A stretch of 64,000 nt of DNA from Tricharina praecox. Taxonomy: Eukaryota. Every line of letters begins with the position of its first letter. Position 1 is the first letter of the stretch. The translations under genes and the position numbers were made by a program. Under the pieces are notes generated by a model. The model was not told where the DNA came from, made no database searches, and saw nothing but the letters and a program-made list of their open reading frames with translations. The DNA lies in the NCBI RefSeq assembly GCF_024521635.1, contig NW_026250405.1, positions 558,001 to 622,000 of the forward strand, in the 5' to 3' direction. Shown one piece after another: positions 50,888 to 62,435 of this stretch.

Positions 50888-52062
50888 CGCTCGTCAAATG
50901 GGAGCGGCCCTGGTGCGAAGAGCTCTCTGCCACGCACCTGCCGTGGAGAGGTAGAGGTACTCTAGAGGTGGCTCTTGTATTGTACTCTGGCCAATAGCCG
51001 CCACCTATCTACATCTCTCTGTGTCCCATTCTTTTACACTGTCCGTAGAGTTGAGGACAGGAAAGCAAAGTACCGTACTCTAGACGAGAAAAAAGATTCC
51101 CGCCGCAACCAAACCAAACCACAACTTCCCAGCGACCAGCGAACGTATCAATCGGCGCCACAGCCAGACCACAGCCAGAGACAGAGCCAGAGACACAGCC
51201 AGAGCCAGGGACAGAGACAGAGACAGCCAGATCTCCCCCTGGCCACCCCCGTCCTCCTCCCCCCGGAAAAGAAAAAAGCAAATAAAAGAAAACGGACCAC
51301 AAAAAAGAAAGAAAAAGAAAAGGATAAATCCGAAGAAAAAAAGGGACGCTCGCTGGTAGTTAGAGTAGTGGTGGCACCGTCAAGCAAGCAAAGCAAAGCA
51401 ATATGTGCCGGGTTTGCAACAACCCAACCGTACCGTACCGTACCCACCACTTCTGTTGCCAACAGATACATTGCATAGCGTTATTTCGTGCCAGTGCCAG
51501 TGGTAGCAAATAGGTGTTTTGAACAGTTGCGCGTTCGGACCACACACTCTACTCTACTCTAGGTACTCTACTCTACTACTCTACGTCTGTACTGTGCGGT
51601 AGAGTACTGTACTGTACTGTGCGGTAGAGTACTGTACTGTACTGTACTGTACTGTACGTCTGGCCGTAACTACGTCGAAGCTACCTACCTGGCTACCTCC
51701 GCCGCCGCCGCCGCCGCAGACAGTTTCCAGGGTAGGTACGGTAGTGGGTAGTGGGTGGTAAAACACACACCTCAACTCTACACCTACAGTAACCACGTTA
51801 TTTTTCCGATTAATGACGGTATGTGTGTAGCGTGCTGCGTGTAGTGTGGTGGGCGATGGGTGGGTGGGTATTGACCGGGGGTCGTGGTGGGGAGTGGAAG
51901 GGTGTGTGACTGTGGGAGGGAGGGTGCACCTGGATCTTCTGTGCGTTCCTTCCATCCTCGGCTTTAACCAATGGGCGGCGGCCATCGTGGTAGGTCGAGC
52001 TCGCATTCCCGGGAGCTGCGGTGGCTGTCCCTGTGTGGTGGATCGGCCTGCCGCTAGGTAGC

Positions 52063-52160
52063 GTAGTAGGTAGTAGGTAGTAGGTAGTAGGTAGTAGGTA
52101 GTAGGTAGTAGGTAGTAGGTAGTAGGTAGTAGGTAGTAGGTAGTAGGTAGTAGGTAGTAG
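52063..52160. repeat. (GTAGTAG)n 7-bp tandem repeat, about 14 copies
   Basis: Perfect array about 600 bp upstream of the Myb-like gene. Confidence 0.95.
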
Positions 52161-52772
52161 CTATGGAGTTACACCGTGTGTGCTAACTATAAGGTGTGAA
52201 TGTATCTATTTCCCTCCTCCTCCTCGTCGCCCCTCCATCGGACAGGACAGTACAGGACAGGACAGAGCAGAGCAGCCAGCAATAAACCGCCTCCATTTAA
52301 TGGGATTCATCGGACCCTCGACAGGAACACAGAATTGAAATATTCGGACACATCCACAGGTCAATAGCAGAGTCATCCAGCCAGCCAGACCATCCAGACC
52401 ATACAGCCAGACAGACAGCCCATCCAGACCATCCAGACCATCCATCCAGCCAGCCAGCCAGCCAACCGGACGGACAACGAACAACACTCTTAAAGACCCC
52501 GCCATATCCTTCTCCTCAAACACAACCTTCAATCCAGCCAGCCCCACCACTACCACCACCACCACCGTCAACAAAGTGTCTTGAACCTCGAGCTCGAAGC
52601 CGAAGCAACAAGAACAAGAACAAGAACTCTCCCCCCATATCAACCCAGAGATCTCCACACATCCAACCCACCCCACCCATCCACACACCGACCCACCCCG
52701 ACCAGTTTCTGGCATAGAACTTCGGACACAAACAAACCCCCCTATCGTACCCGAAACACAGACAGGATAGAC

Positions 52773-54741
52773 ATGTACCAGTCCGGTCATTACTCGATGT
52801 ACGCCCCTACGCCTCAGAAGTATTCCCCCTGGCCACAAGGCACTGCAACGGGTGGTGGCAGTGGTAGTGGCGTTGGCGGTGGTTCTGGCGGCGGTGGAGG
52901 TAGCAATGACCCACGGTCAATTCCTACGCCGCCGATTTCGAGTCAGCCCAGAAAGAAGACCAGAGTCTCAGCCACCCCTGAGCCTTCTTCTTCATACTAT
53001 TCGCACAGGCCAGAGCTGAGCCAGAGAAGAGTTGCTAGCCCGCAAAGTGCCGCTTCCGCCGCCGCCTCCTCCTCCTCCGTCTCGCCCTCGAAAGAGGACC
53101 CCCGATACGACAACTATGACACCATGTACGATCACTACCCGCTGAGTGCCGCCGCGTCCGATGCCGACTCCTCATACTGGTACTCAAGACAGAGCAGAGA
53201 CGACCAGGACCGAAGAACCTCCTCCGGTGGTGAGTTTTACTTCTTCCTTCCTTCACATCCGTCTATCCTCCCCCGCCATTGAATGCTGATTTGAGACCCT
53301 TGGGAAAAACAGCACACTATTCCACCTACGCAACCAAGTCGTACAGCAGACATTCGACCGAAGACTTCGACAACTCTCCGTACTCGGATTCCGGCGACTC
53401 GCGGGCGGCACGAGCTGGACAACACTACCACCACTCGCGCCGGGGCCAATCGGCATATCCGGAGAGCTCCACCGATGCCGAAAGCCGCTGGAGTCCCCGC
53501 GGAGGGCCCGCCGTGCAACTCGCACCGAGCAGCGAGGCCAGCGCCGTCGCCGCTCGACAAGCAGTCACCGAGCTCTTCCCCGAATTGAACGAAACCCACT
53601 ACCCTGGCGACGACTCGAGCCGCTCGGTGGCAGCAACGCCAGCACCCGTCCGGCCCCCGTTCTACTCCGGCTCGTCCTACACGTCGACAACCTCCAGGGG
53701 GCGGTTTTCGCCGGCCATGGTGGATCCTAGCTTGGGCTCATCATACAGGCCGTCTAGCACTCGTTCCCCATCGCAGAGCGACCGGCCACGGGGACATTAT
53801 GGTGTAAGCTCGGTAACGCCGGAATCCTTGTACCCAATGCCCAAATCGCCCTCCGCGAACTACGATTCGGCATACACGTACGCCAGCCACGCCAGCCACC
53901 ACCACCACCACCACCACGGCCAGCACCACCACAGCCAGCAGCAAGACTTCAATGACTTCGACGACAGCGACGACGACTGCGACAACTACGACGAGACGGA
54001 TGAGGACGACGACATGTCGGCGATCGTGATCCAGAACGGCTCGCCCTACTACGCCGAGTCCTCGGCCTCTCCCGGCGGCGAGTCCCCCGAACCCATCACC
54101 CCAATGGGCACGAAATCGTCATCGCCAGATGTCGCCAACTCATCGTCGTCCACGTACCCCCACTCGCGCGGCCAGAACCTTCGTCCGTCGGCCAAGAAAT
54201 CGACCACGAGCTCGAGCCCGCGCCGTGCGCGGAAACCCATCCCGCCAACGGCCTGCGTGCCCGCCAGCGAGAAATACGACGAGACCGACGCACAGCTGGT
54301 ATATCTGCGGCAGCAGGGTGTGTCCTACAAGACCATCAAGATCCAGTTGAACTTGGAGGAAGCCGAGTCAACGCTCCGTGGACGTTTCAGGACGTTGACG
54401 AAGCCCAAGAACGAGCGCCTCCGGAAGCCGGTCTGGGCCGAAACAGATGTGAGCATTACCCCCACCACTCCAACTTTATTTCGAGAAACCGTTTCTAATT
54501 GACTTTTTTTCCTTCTGGACAGATCGAACTCCTGTTGGAAATCGTCGACCCGGACCTGCCACACATCAAGTGGAAGCAGGTCTCTGACAACATCGTCGCG
54601 CGAGGTGGCAGCTACAAATTTGGGTCCAGCACCTGCAAGAAGCAGTACCTTGCATTGGTTCAAGAAGGCCGTGCTCAGCCGTTGAGCGAGGGTGTGCAGA
54701 CCAGTAAGAGGAGAAAGCACCGCACTGTTAAGCCTGAGTGA
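52773..54741 (+). CDS. Fungal Myb/SANT-like putative transcription factor with long disordered N-terminus
   Basis: Exons 52773-53229, 53313-54448, 54523-54741; C-terminal DAQLVYLRQQGVSYKTIK...EAESTLRGRFRTLTK...RKPVW...KWKQVSDNIVARGGSYKFGSSTCKKQY; poly-His and acidic tracts; basic tail. Confidence 0.82.
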
Positions 54742-57307
54742 CTGGTTGTCACCTGCAAGGAGGAAATAACCCGAACGGCGCGGGGAAAATGACCCAGTCA
54801 ATCCGTTACAGGTGGATCGGTGGGATGGTGGTGGAGACTGAGTGAGTGAGTGTTCGAGGTGTGTGATTGACGCGAGGCGTATTGAGGGTTGGCAGGCTGC
54901 GAGTTGCAGGGCGTTTATTGGCGGGAGTTGTCCTTTTTTCCCTTCTTTCTTCTTTCTGCTTTCTTTGAGTTTTTGGGGCGTTTCTCTTCGTGGTGCCACA
55001 GTTTTTTTTTTCTTTCTTGGGAGGCCATTCTCATTCTTCTTCTTTTCCTCGTTCAATCCTTCTTTTTTTCTTTTTTTTAATTCCTTTTTTATTTGGTTTG
55101 TTTTTTTGGATGTTGCATCTCGCATTTCTTGGTTGGTCTTTTCCCGGTTTAGCGATTGCACTGCTGTGCGTTTTCTGGTTTCTTGCATGTCGGAGGGTGT
55201 TGGTGGTTGTTGTGCGTGCTGCACGGTACTATTTCCAAAAATAGCCGGGCTCCATGTCATGAAGATAGAGCGGAGGAGAGCACTGAAAAGTATAGGTTAG
55301 TTGGTCTTCTTTCTATCGTTCAGTTCATAGATTTTCAGGCGTTCAATATAGACTGGGGGGCTGCTGTGGTTTCTTGATGTTACCTCTACCTGGCCGCGAA
55401 AGTTCTGTTTCCTGGTGATGAATGAGCGAGCGAGCGGGTACCTTGATGAGTACCGTTCATGGCGGGCGTTTGATGTTCCCCACAGAGCTGTCACTCGCTC
55501 CCGGCTCTAGAGCATGATGACGACCGCCAGGGGTTTCTCCGTACAGAAGAGAGACAGACCATTGAGACAACCTGTCAAGCAGCACGTGGCGCCACCGAAG
55601 AGTGCACAATCCGATGGGAAAATAATTAATTTTCCGCAACGAAACCGAAACCACGCCCTTTCTGCACCCTACACCTCTCTCGCTCTCTCTCTCTCTGGCT
55701 CTCATCCTCTTTCATCCGTTTCCGCTGTCGCTTTTGCTTTGCGGGCTGCATCCTGCTGGTCGACGTCGTCGACAAGCCGTGCTGCAGAGTCAGTGCCAGG
55801 CGGCTCTTGCACCGCATTTTGTGACCAGTTGACGACGAGAGCCGGCCTTCTGGGAATTGCCAGTCGCCAACGTCGCTCGCTTCGATTCTGACTGACGGCA
55901 CCGTAGTTGATGAGACTCGGACCCCCGGAATTCAGTTACTAGGGACGAGTAACTTGACGACTGGCAACGTCATATGTTCTCCGCCATATTTTTTTCCCGC
56001 GGCCAGGGAGAGACGGAGAGAGAGAGAAAGAGACAGCGAGAGAAAATTATTCCTGGAATTGAATTGAGTCGAATGCAAGCATCCGTTCGCTCGCCGCCAG
56101 GGACAGCGACATTGGCGGCTCTGCTGTGGTTGTTGGCTGTCTCGAGGTATTTTTCCGATCGAAACAACTTCCTACCCCCACCCCACCATGCAGTTCGTTG
56201 ACGACACGCAGGTGTGTCCCGCCACATATGTAGCATGTACACATCTACTTTAGCAGCGCGCGAACGAACCAACGGACCGGCGAACGCGAGCGAACGGAGC
56301 GAACGAACGGACGACTGACCTAGGGTCAATATCGTGGCTCCGTCCAGGATTCGACAATTGATGGGGGTTTGAATTCCGGATGGCGCTTCTCAAACGGGGG
56401 TGGTGGTGGTGGTGGCTCAATTCCAAACTGTCAGTTTGTGTGGTGCTGTCGCTGCTGTCGCTGTCGGTTTCGTTGTTCGGTTCTCGCGCGGAATCCCCTC
56501 TTGCCCCACCCCATTCCTGGACACAGCCTTCCTCCGTTCACCCTGTCCTGTCCTCTCCTCCGGCTGCTTCTTCTTTCCCATGCCACACATAATTCACACC
56601 ACTATTCACAGAATACCCGGTTCGAGAAGGCGTCAGCGAGCTGGCCCACCAGACAGACAGCATTGATAGTACATACGTGTCTTCCCCCTTCACGAAACCT
56701 CTGTCCATCGCTCATCCAATGCGCCACCCAAAAATACTCACCTTCAGGCCAGTTTGACATAAGGTGGTGAATGGGTTACCAGGTAGCAACGACAGCGAAG
56801 CCGACGACAGCAGCCCTCTGCAGAACGGAATGATGCCGATGAGTTGCCTCGTGATTTACCGAATGCGCACTACCGGTAGCTCGAGTCGGTAGAGCGCAGC
56901 GCAGCCATCGTTCGGTTGAGTCCAGCCACGGTTGCGATAATATTGTCGACTGATCTTCGAAAGCGCTCCGCTCGAGTGAATTCCCAAGGTCCCCAGTTTT
57001 TTTTGCGAGTCGGGAAAGCATTTCGAGGATCTCTTAAAAATCGCCCCCTTATCAACTCTTTTTTAAAGTGGGCGAAATGAATTGGAAAGCGAGATGAAAA
57101 TGGTGTTGGGCGTGTGATGATGCCAAAGGCGAAGGTTGATTGGAGGAAGGCGTGGAGTTGAAACAAACGCAGCACACGTGAGTGCCAAGCCTGCTGCAGC
57201 CGGGCTAGCGTCCCTAGTAGTGAGTGCAAATCAGTGAAGGTTCTCCGCAAGGAACAAAACACACTAGCCGATTTCCCCGCTATCTACAAACCTAGAGCTC
57301 TTGCTTG

Positions 57308-58237
57308 ATGCCCGCCTTCCCCACGCTCCCCGCCAACCTCCCCACGCTCGTTGCAAAAGCGTACGCAGCGGCGCTCGCAGCCGGCGACGTAATCTTCACC
57401 TCGTCCGCGGCGACCCGCGACCTGCGCATCAACGATGTCGTCTACCGCGCGCGCTTCTGTCCCTCGCTGCAACACAAACCCACTCCCACTCCCCAAACCT
57501 TCTCCTCATCCTCGTCTCAGCCGAAGGCGAAGGCGAACCCGTTCCTCCCGCCACAGCGCGGCCTCCTAATCGCCAGCATCCCCGATTACAACCTGATCCT
57601 GAACCGCTACCCAATCATACCGCAGCACTTCCTTTTGTGCACCGCCACGTTCGAGCCACAGACCGAGCCGCTGCGCCCGCAGGATCTCGCCGCGGTCTAC
57701 GCCGTGCTACGGACTTGGGAGGACGTGTCCACAGGCGAGCGCTTGTACGGCTTCTTCAATAGCGGGCCCGACAGCGGCGCGAGCCAGCCGCATAGACACG
57801 TGCAGTTCTTCCCCGTTCCGGCGGAGCGCGGGAAGTTGCCGTTTGATCGAAGCGCCGCGGGGGACGAGGGTCAGGAGGGGGAGGGGGATGGAGAGGCGTG
57901 GTCCCACCCGCGGCTTCCGTTCTTGACTTTTTGCATCCGCTACCCGAAGGCCGTGGGCGTGCCGGAGGTGGTGGAGGCGTACGAGACGCTGCTCCGGAGG
58001 TGCGAGGAGGCGCGGGGGAAGGGGTGTAGTTACAACATGGGGATCACGCGGGAGTGGATCGCGCTTGCGCCGCGGATATCGGAAGACGGAGGACGGGAGG
58101 GGGTGGGGATCAACGGCACTGTGCTTGCCGGTGAGGTGATGGTCAAGCGCGACGAGGATTGGGAGTTCTTTACGGAGCGCGGAGGATTAGAGGGGGTTTT
58201 GAAAGGCATCGGGATTGTAGCTGATGCTCGAATATGA
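57308..58237 (+). CDS. APA2: ATP adenylyltransferase / Ap4A phosphorylase (Apa1/Apa2 family)
   Basis: Intronless; motifs NPFLPP, LILNRYPIIPQHFLL, FFNSGPDSGASQPHRHVQF (HxHxQ), SYNMG, INGTVLAG. Confidence 0.9.
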   Translation: MPAFPTLPANLPTLVAKAYAAALAAGDVIFTSSAATRDLRINDVVYRARFCPSLQHKPTPTPQTFSSSSSQPKAKANPFLPPQRGLLIASIPDYNLILNRYPIIPQHFLLCTATFEPQTEPLRPQDLAAVYAVLRTWEDVSTGERLYGFFNSGPDSGASQPHRHVQFFPVPAERGKLPFDRSAAGDEGQEGEGDGEAWSHPRLPFLTFCIRYPKAVGVPEVVEAYETLLRRCEEARGKGCSYNMGITREWIALAPRISEDGGREGVGINGTVLAGEVMVKRDEDWEFFTERGGLEGVLKGIGIVADARI

Positions 58238-58729
58238 GCGTACGCAGGTGGGAGTTACAAAGTGTAAGTTTCGCTCGCGGAATAGGCTTTAGCAAACGGT
58301 TAAGTTCCTACGTATACCGGAAACAACACGCTATTATGACCGAGTTGTCCAAGGCGGGGGGCCTTGGCTACTAGGAAGTCGGTGGAAACGACCTGGAAGG
58401 ACTCGATGTATACAGCGTTTGTATGTTAGATTAGTGGTAGAATATCTAGATACTTATGGGGATGTTATCCGCTACATCTAGGGGAGTAATCCCACGCCTG
58501 GAGAGGAAAACGCGATGCCCGCCATGCTCAAACGAATGGCGAATGATGATGCTACTTCACTATCTCAACAAACCGAGCGATCAAGTGATGTTCACATCGA
58601 TTGTCGCATCACATCGCAGCTAAAGTACAGTACAAACGACAAGGAGACTGGCCCAAAGAACAGAAAAGAAATCAACAGAAAACGCCCATAGAGATTTCGC
58701 CGAAATTCTAGTTTTGTTTGTTCCACCCT

Positions 58730-59796
58730 CTAATCACCCATCGGGTAGGCGTGGAGGATCTGGCCGTAGTAGAGCGATGCGTCCTTCGATGCCAGGAAGA
58801 CGAAGCTCGTGGCGATCTCGGAGGGCTGTCCAGCGCGTCCGATCTGGCTCTGCTTGCCGAAGCCTTCCATCTGGTCGGCGGGACGGCTTGCGGGCTGGAG
58901 AGGCGTGTGGACGGGGCCGGGTCTTTGGCGTGTTAGCACAGGTGAAGAGTGAGAGAAAGAGAAAGGACAGAGAACGTACGCAACAGCATTGACACGGATT
59001 CCCTTCTTGGTCAAAGACTTGCTTAGAGCCCTGGTAAAGGCGACAATCGCTCCCTTGGTAGCAGCATAATCGACCATGGAGCTGGTTCCACGGAACGCAA
59101 CCACACTCGTCGTATTGATGATGCTTCCACCCTTTGGAATATGCGGCACGGCAAACTTCGTAAGCGCCATCATCTGAAGAATATTGCTGCGGAACGTAGA
59201 CTCGATATTGTCGATCTCGATATCCTCATAGTTTTCGCACATGACCTGCTTGCTGGCGTTGTTGACAAGAATATCGAGGCGACCGTACTCCTTCATGTGC
59301 GCGTCGACAATCTCGTGCAAGTCCCGCAATCTCTCGAGGTCGAACGGGATGAGCTTGCATTTGCGGCCAGCGGACTCGACGATACGCTTGGTCTCCTCGG
59401 CGTCCTCCTGCTCCGCCGGGAGGTAAACGATGGTGCTATCGCAACCCTCGCGAGCGTAGAGGGCGGCAATGGCACGGCTAGTGGGGGTGCAGGCGTTAGC
59501 TCGATCTCTATTTCTAAATTATCGAAGAACTCACCCAATGCCAGAATCACCACCAGTGATGATGGCGGCCCTGTCCTTCAGCTTTCCGGAGCCCTCGTAC
59601 TCGACGAATCCGTCGGATCCCTCAAGCTTGGTGGACTCGGAAGTAGGAGCCATGTCTTTCTCGAGACTGCACATATGTCAGCACAAGCCCACAAACAGTA
59701 AGCACTTTAGGAGGTGACTAACCCCGGCAGCGGCTGCTCCTGCTTCGGAACATTGGCCTTAAACTCGCCTCCTTTTCCAGCCTGCGAGGATGCCAT
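58730..59796 (-). CDS. Classical short-chain dehydrogenase/reductase, general-stress (YdaD/YhxC-like) type
   Basis: Exons 59796-59723, 59666-59535, 59477-58980, 58922-58730; ITGGDSGIG, LVNNAS, YAATK, APGPVHTP. In-frame upstream ATG at 59925. Confidence 0.92.
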
Positions 59797-60066
59797 TCTG
59801 AAGCTTGTATATGTGGTTTTGCGTACGGTAGTTGGTAGTAGTGGTATTCTGCGGAATAGTTGTGGTTTGTATGTGTGGAGTGTGCGGAAGAGGAGAGGAA
59901 GAGGAGTATGCCGGCAATGGTTCATTGTTTGTTTAAATAAATGGGTACAATCCGGCGGTTTTGATCCTACGGTGTCCACCTAGGTCATCGTCTTGTCATT
60001 GACGGTGGAATTTTCCTTGCTGGCCGAATTGGGTAGTATTGACCGTTGACACCGATGAATTCACCG

Positions 60067-60074
60067 TGACGTCA
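60067..60074. promoter_or_regulatory. CRE palindrome TGACGTCA (ATF/CREB, Atf1/AtfA-type site) upstream of the SDR
   Basis: Perfect 8-bp CRE about 270 bp upstream of ATG 59796; function inferred. Confidence 0.45.
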
Positions 60075-60410
60075 TCGACTGTATGGTGTTGAAGTTGCGA
60101 CATGGCGAAGCACGCGGGTGACAAGTTTTCTGTAGATCTATGTTAGATGTTCACGGCTCGTTCCGATAACGAGCACCGCGGCTAACTTGATCTACGCTGG
60201 CCTGCCTGTGCAAAGTAAACTTATCCAAAAGTATATTAACTACTATCAAAAACTCATTCATCTCCATGCGGATATCCAGAAATCAGAAGAAAAACTCAAA
60301 CATACAACGCCTTAAAGAAACAGACGCATGAGGCAAACGTATCATACGCCAATCGTATACCGTATCATATCCCTCGTAACCTCCAAAAATTCCGTCCACA
60401 GTCCTCGATA

Positions 60411-62049
60411 TTACCGCCCATCGCAAATCCACGTCCAAACTCCATCCGCAACCGCCACAACCAAAAGCACGCCGTTGAATCCAGCCAACATCCAAAATGG
60501 CGCACCAACTGTACCGTCAAACGCCTTACCGCCAACCTTGGTAAGCAGCAGGATCGCAACACCGCCGAAGAGACTGTAGACGCCCGCGATGCTGCCCTTG
60601 AACGCCTCTCTGGTCTTGTCATTCTGGCGCACACTACCGGACAGCAATGGTTGCTCAGCTCCGTCAACCACATGATGGTCGCCTGGTAATGCGACCTCGA
60701 CGATTCCGCGGGATAGAAGGCCAAGAGAAGCAACGATGGCACCAATCTGGCTGGCGCCTGCAAATGCGGCGAAGACAAACGCCCAAGGGCTGGTCGGCGT
60801 AGGTAGAAGAGAGAAAAGCGTAAAGGATCCGATTCCGAGGACGGAAGAGAGGATCAGCGGAACATTGCGGAGAGAGGGCGTGGTGTAGAGGCGGTCGGTG
60901 AGGTAACCAAAAACTGGCGCGAGGAGAAGCGCGGTAAGTTGCGACGTACCCGTTAAGGCTAAATCTCCGTCAGCTTCCCCGTATGCATAAATAGTAAGAG
61001 GTAAAATTACTTGAGGCGAGGATATAGGCCTTCCGACACTCTTCTTTCGATAGTTCCGGAACGGTGGGTTGACAGCGTCCAGTGGAGACGAAATAGTGAT
61101 TCACAAACAGCGGGATGAAGAGACTGATCCCGACCGAACTTGCCCTCGCGACGAAACCACCCACATATGCCACACCGATACGGCCATCCGTACATGCCAA
61201 CTTCACCGCCACCAACAGGCCGCGGATTCCGCTCACCTGCGCAGCTCCCTTCCGCCGTCCATCCTCGTCCTCAGGAGAAGCTACGAATACCGGATCTCCG
61301 CCCCAGATCCGCGTCCACACCCACGTCTTGATATCGTGCCACGTATTTCCAGCCGCAGGATTCCTAGGCGGCGGGAGGCCGAGGTAGCACCACACTGCAA
61401 CGACACCGGCAATACCGGCGACGATGAAGTACGAGATCTTAACCGCAGCCCCAGGCGTGACACCGGGGTGAGTCGAGAAGCGCGTAGGCAGAGGGAGAAA
61501 CAGCCCGAGTGCCAACAACGCGCCGAATCCCGTAAAAAGTCCTACAAGTCCCGCCAACCGACCCGTCGGCGCAGGCTTCGCCACTAACTCCGAAGCTTCG
61601 TCATCCGATAAGGACGGAGGATTCGTCATCTCAGGTAGGATCGCGGAAACCATCGTTGTCACTGCTGCTGCACCGAGGGAAAATACGATCCGCCCGATTA
61701 TTAAACCCGGGTACACGCTCTTCAGCTCCACCGAAAGCACCAACGAAACTGCTATCGCGAGGTATCCCATGCTCGCTACTCCGCGCGTGCCGACGCGTCC
61801 ATCGCTGATAAGGCCCCATATCGGCGCGGCAAAGATCGCGACGAGCTCATCGACGAAGCCAAGGGTGCCGACGATGCTACCGAGTTTCTTGGGCGAGACA
61901 TGGAAGAGGTGCGTGAGCAGGAAGCTCAGACTGCTGTTGAGGAAGACGAGGAAGGCGATAGAGAATAGGGGTACGGCGAATAAGTAGGTTGTCGCGTGAA
62001 GGGGGCGCACGGCTGGTGAGAGTGGGAGACGACGAAGCAGATAACTCAT
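60411..62049 (-). CDS. MFS transporter (about 12 TM), substrate unknown
   Basis: Exons 62049-61011 and 60958-60411; motifs GTLGFVDELVA, WGLISDGRVG, GFVARASSVGISLFIPL, GASQIGAIVASL, GSIAGVYSLFGGVAILLLTKVGG. Confidence 0.88.
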
Positions 62050-62340
62050 TGCGGCTGTCGCTGGGCGTTGCCTGGAGGTTGCAATGAGCGTGGAGCTATG
62101 TTGAGCTTCAAGTAGAGTTGCAGTAGTGACGAAGCTGACACAGCACACACGGGAGTGGCTAGGGTTGTTATGCGAGGTCGATCCTGGCCGGCCGTGGACA
62201 TACAATTCTTTACATACTCGAACAAACACATTCACGCTGCCATTCAAATTCAACAACGCCTATGAACGGCTGTTTCGGGACCATGAGAATTTCCTCAGCT
62301 ATCATTCATGCTCGTTCTGAGATCTATTCTGCAAATACTC

Positions 62341-62435
62341 GATAAGCCGGACTACCTATCAACATCTGTTCTTGGGTTCCATTCTACAAGTGATAAGCCG
62401 GATTATCACCATCTGTTCTTGGGTTTGATAAGACG
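62341..62435. repeat. Imperfect direct repeat (GATAAGCCGGA...ATCTGTTCTTGGGTT x2 plus partial third)
   Basis: Copies begin at 62341 and 62392, partial at about 62427; lies upstream of the MFS gene. Confidence 0.75.

Noticed and set aside
54739..54792. Stop-codon readthrough (TGA CTG) on the Myb-like gene
   Set aside because: Not the strong TGA CTA context and the extension ends in no targeting signal.
54325..55260. 311-aa Lys-rich minus-strand ORF
   Set aside because: Arises from the T-rich 3' UTR and antisense of the Myb-like gene.
62363..62425. U2 snRNA (ATCTGTTCTT match)
   Set aside because: Lacks the GTAGT branch-recognition sequence and other U2 features; explained by a local duplication.
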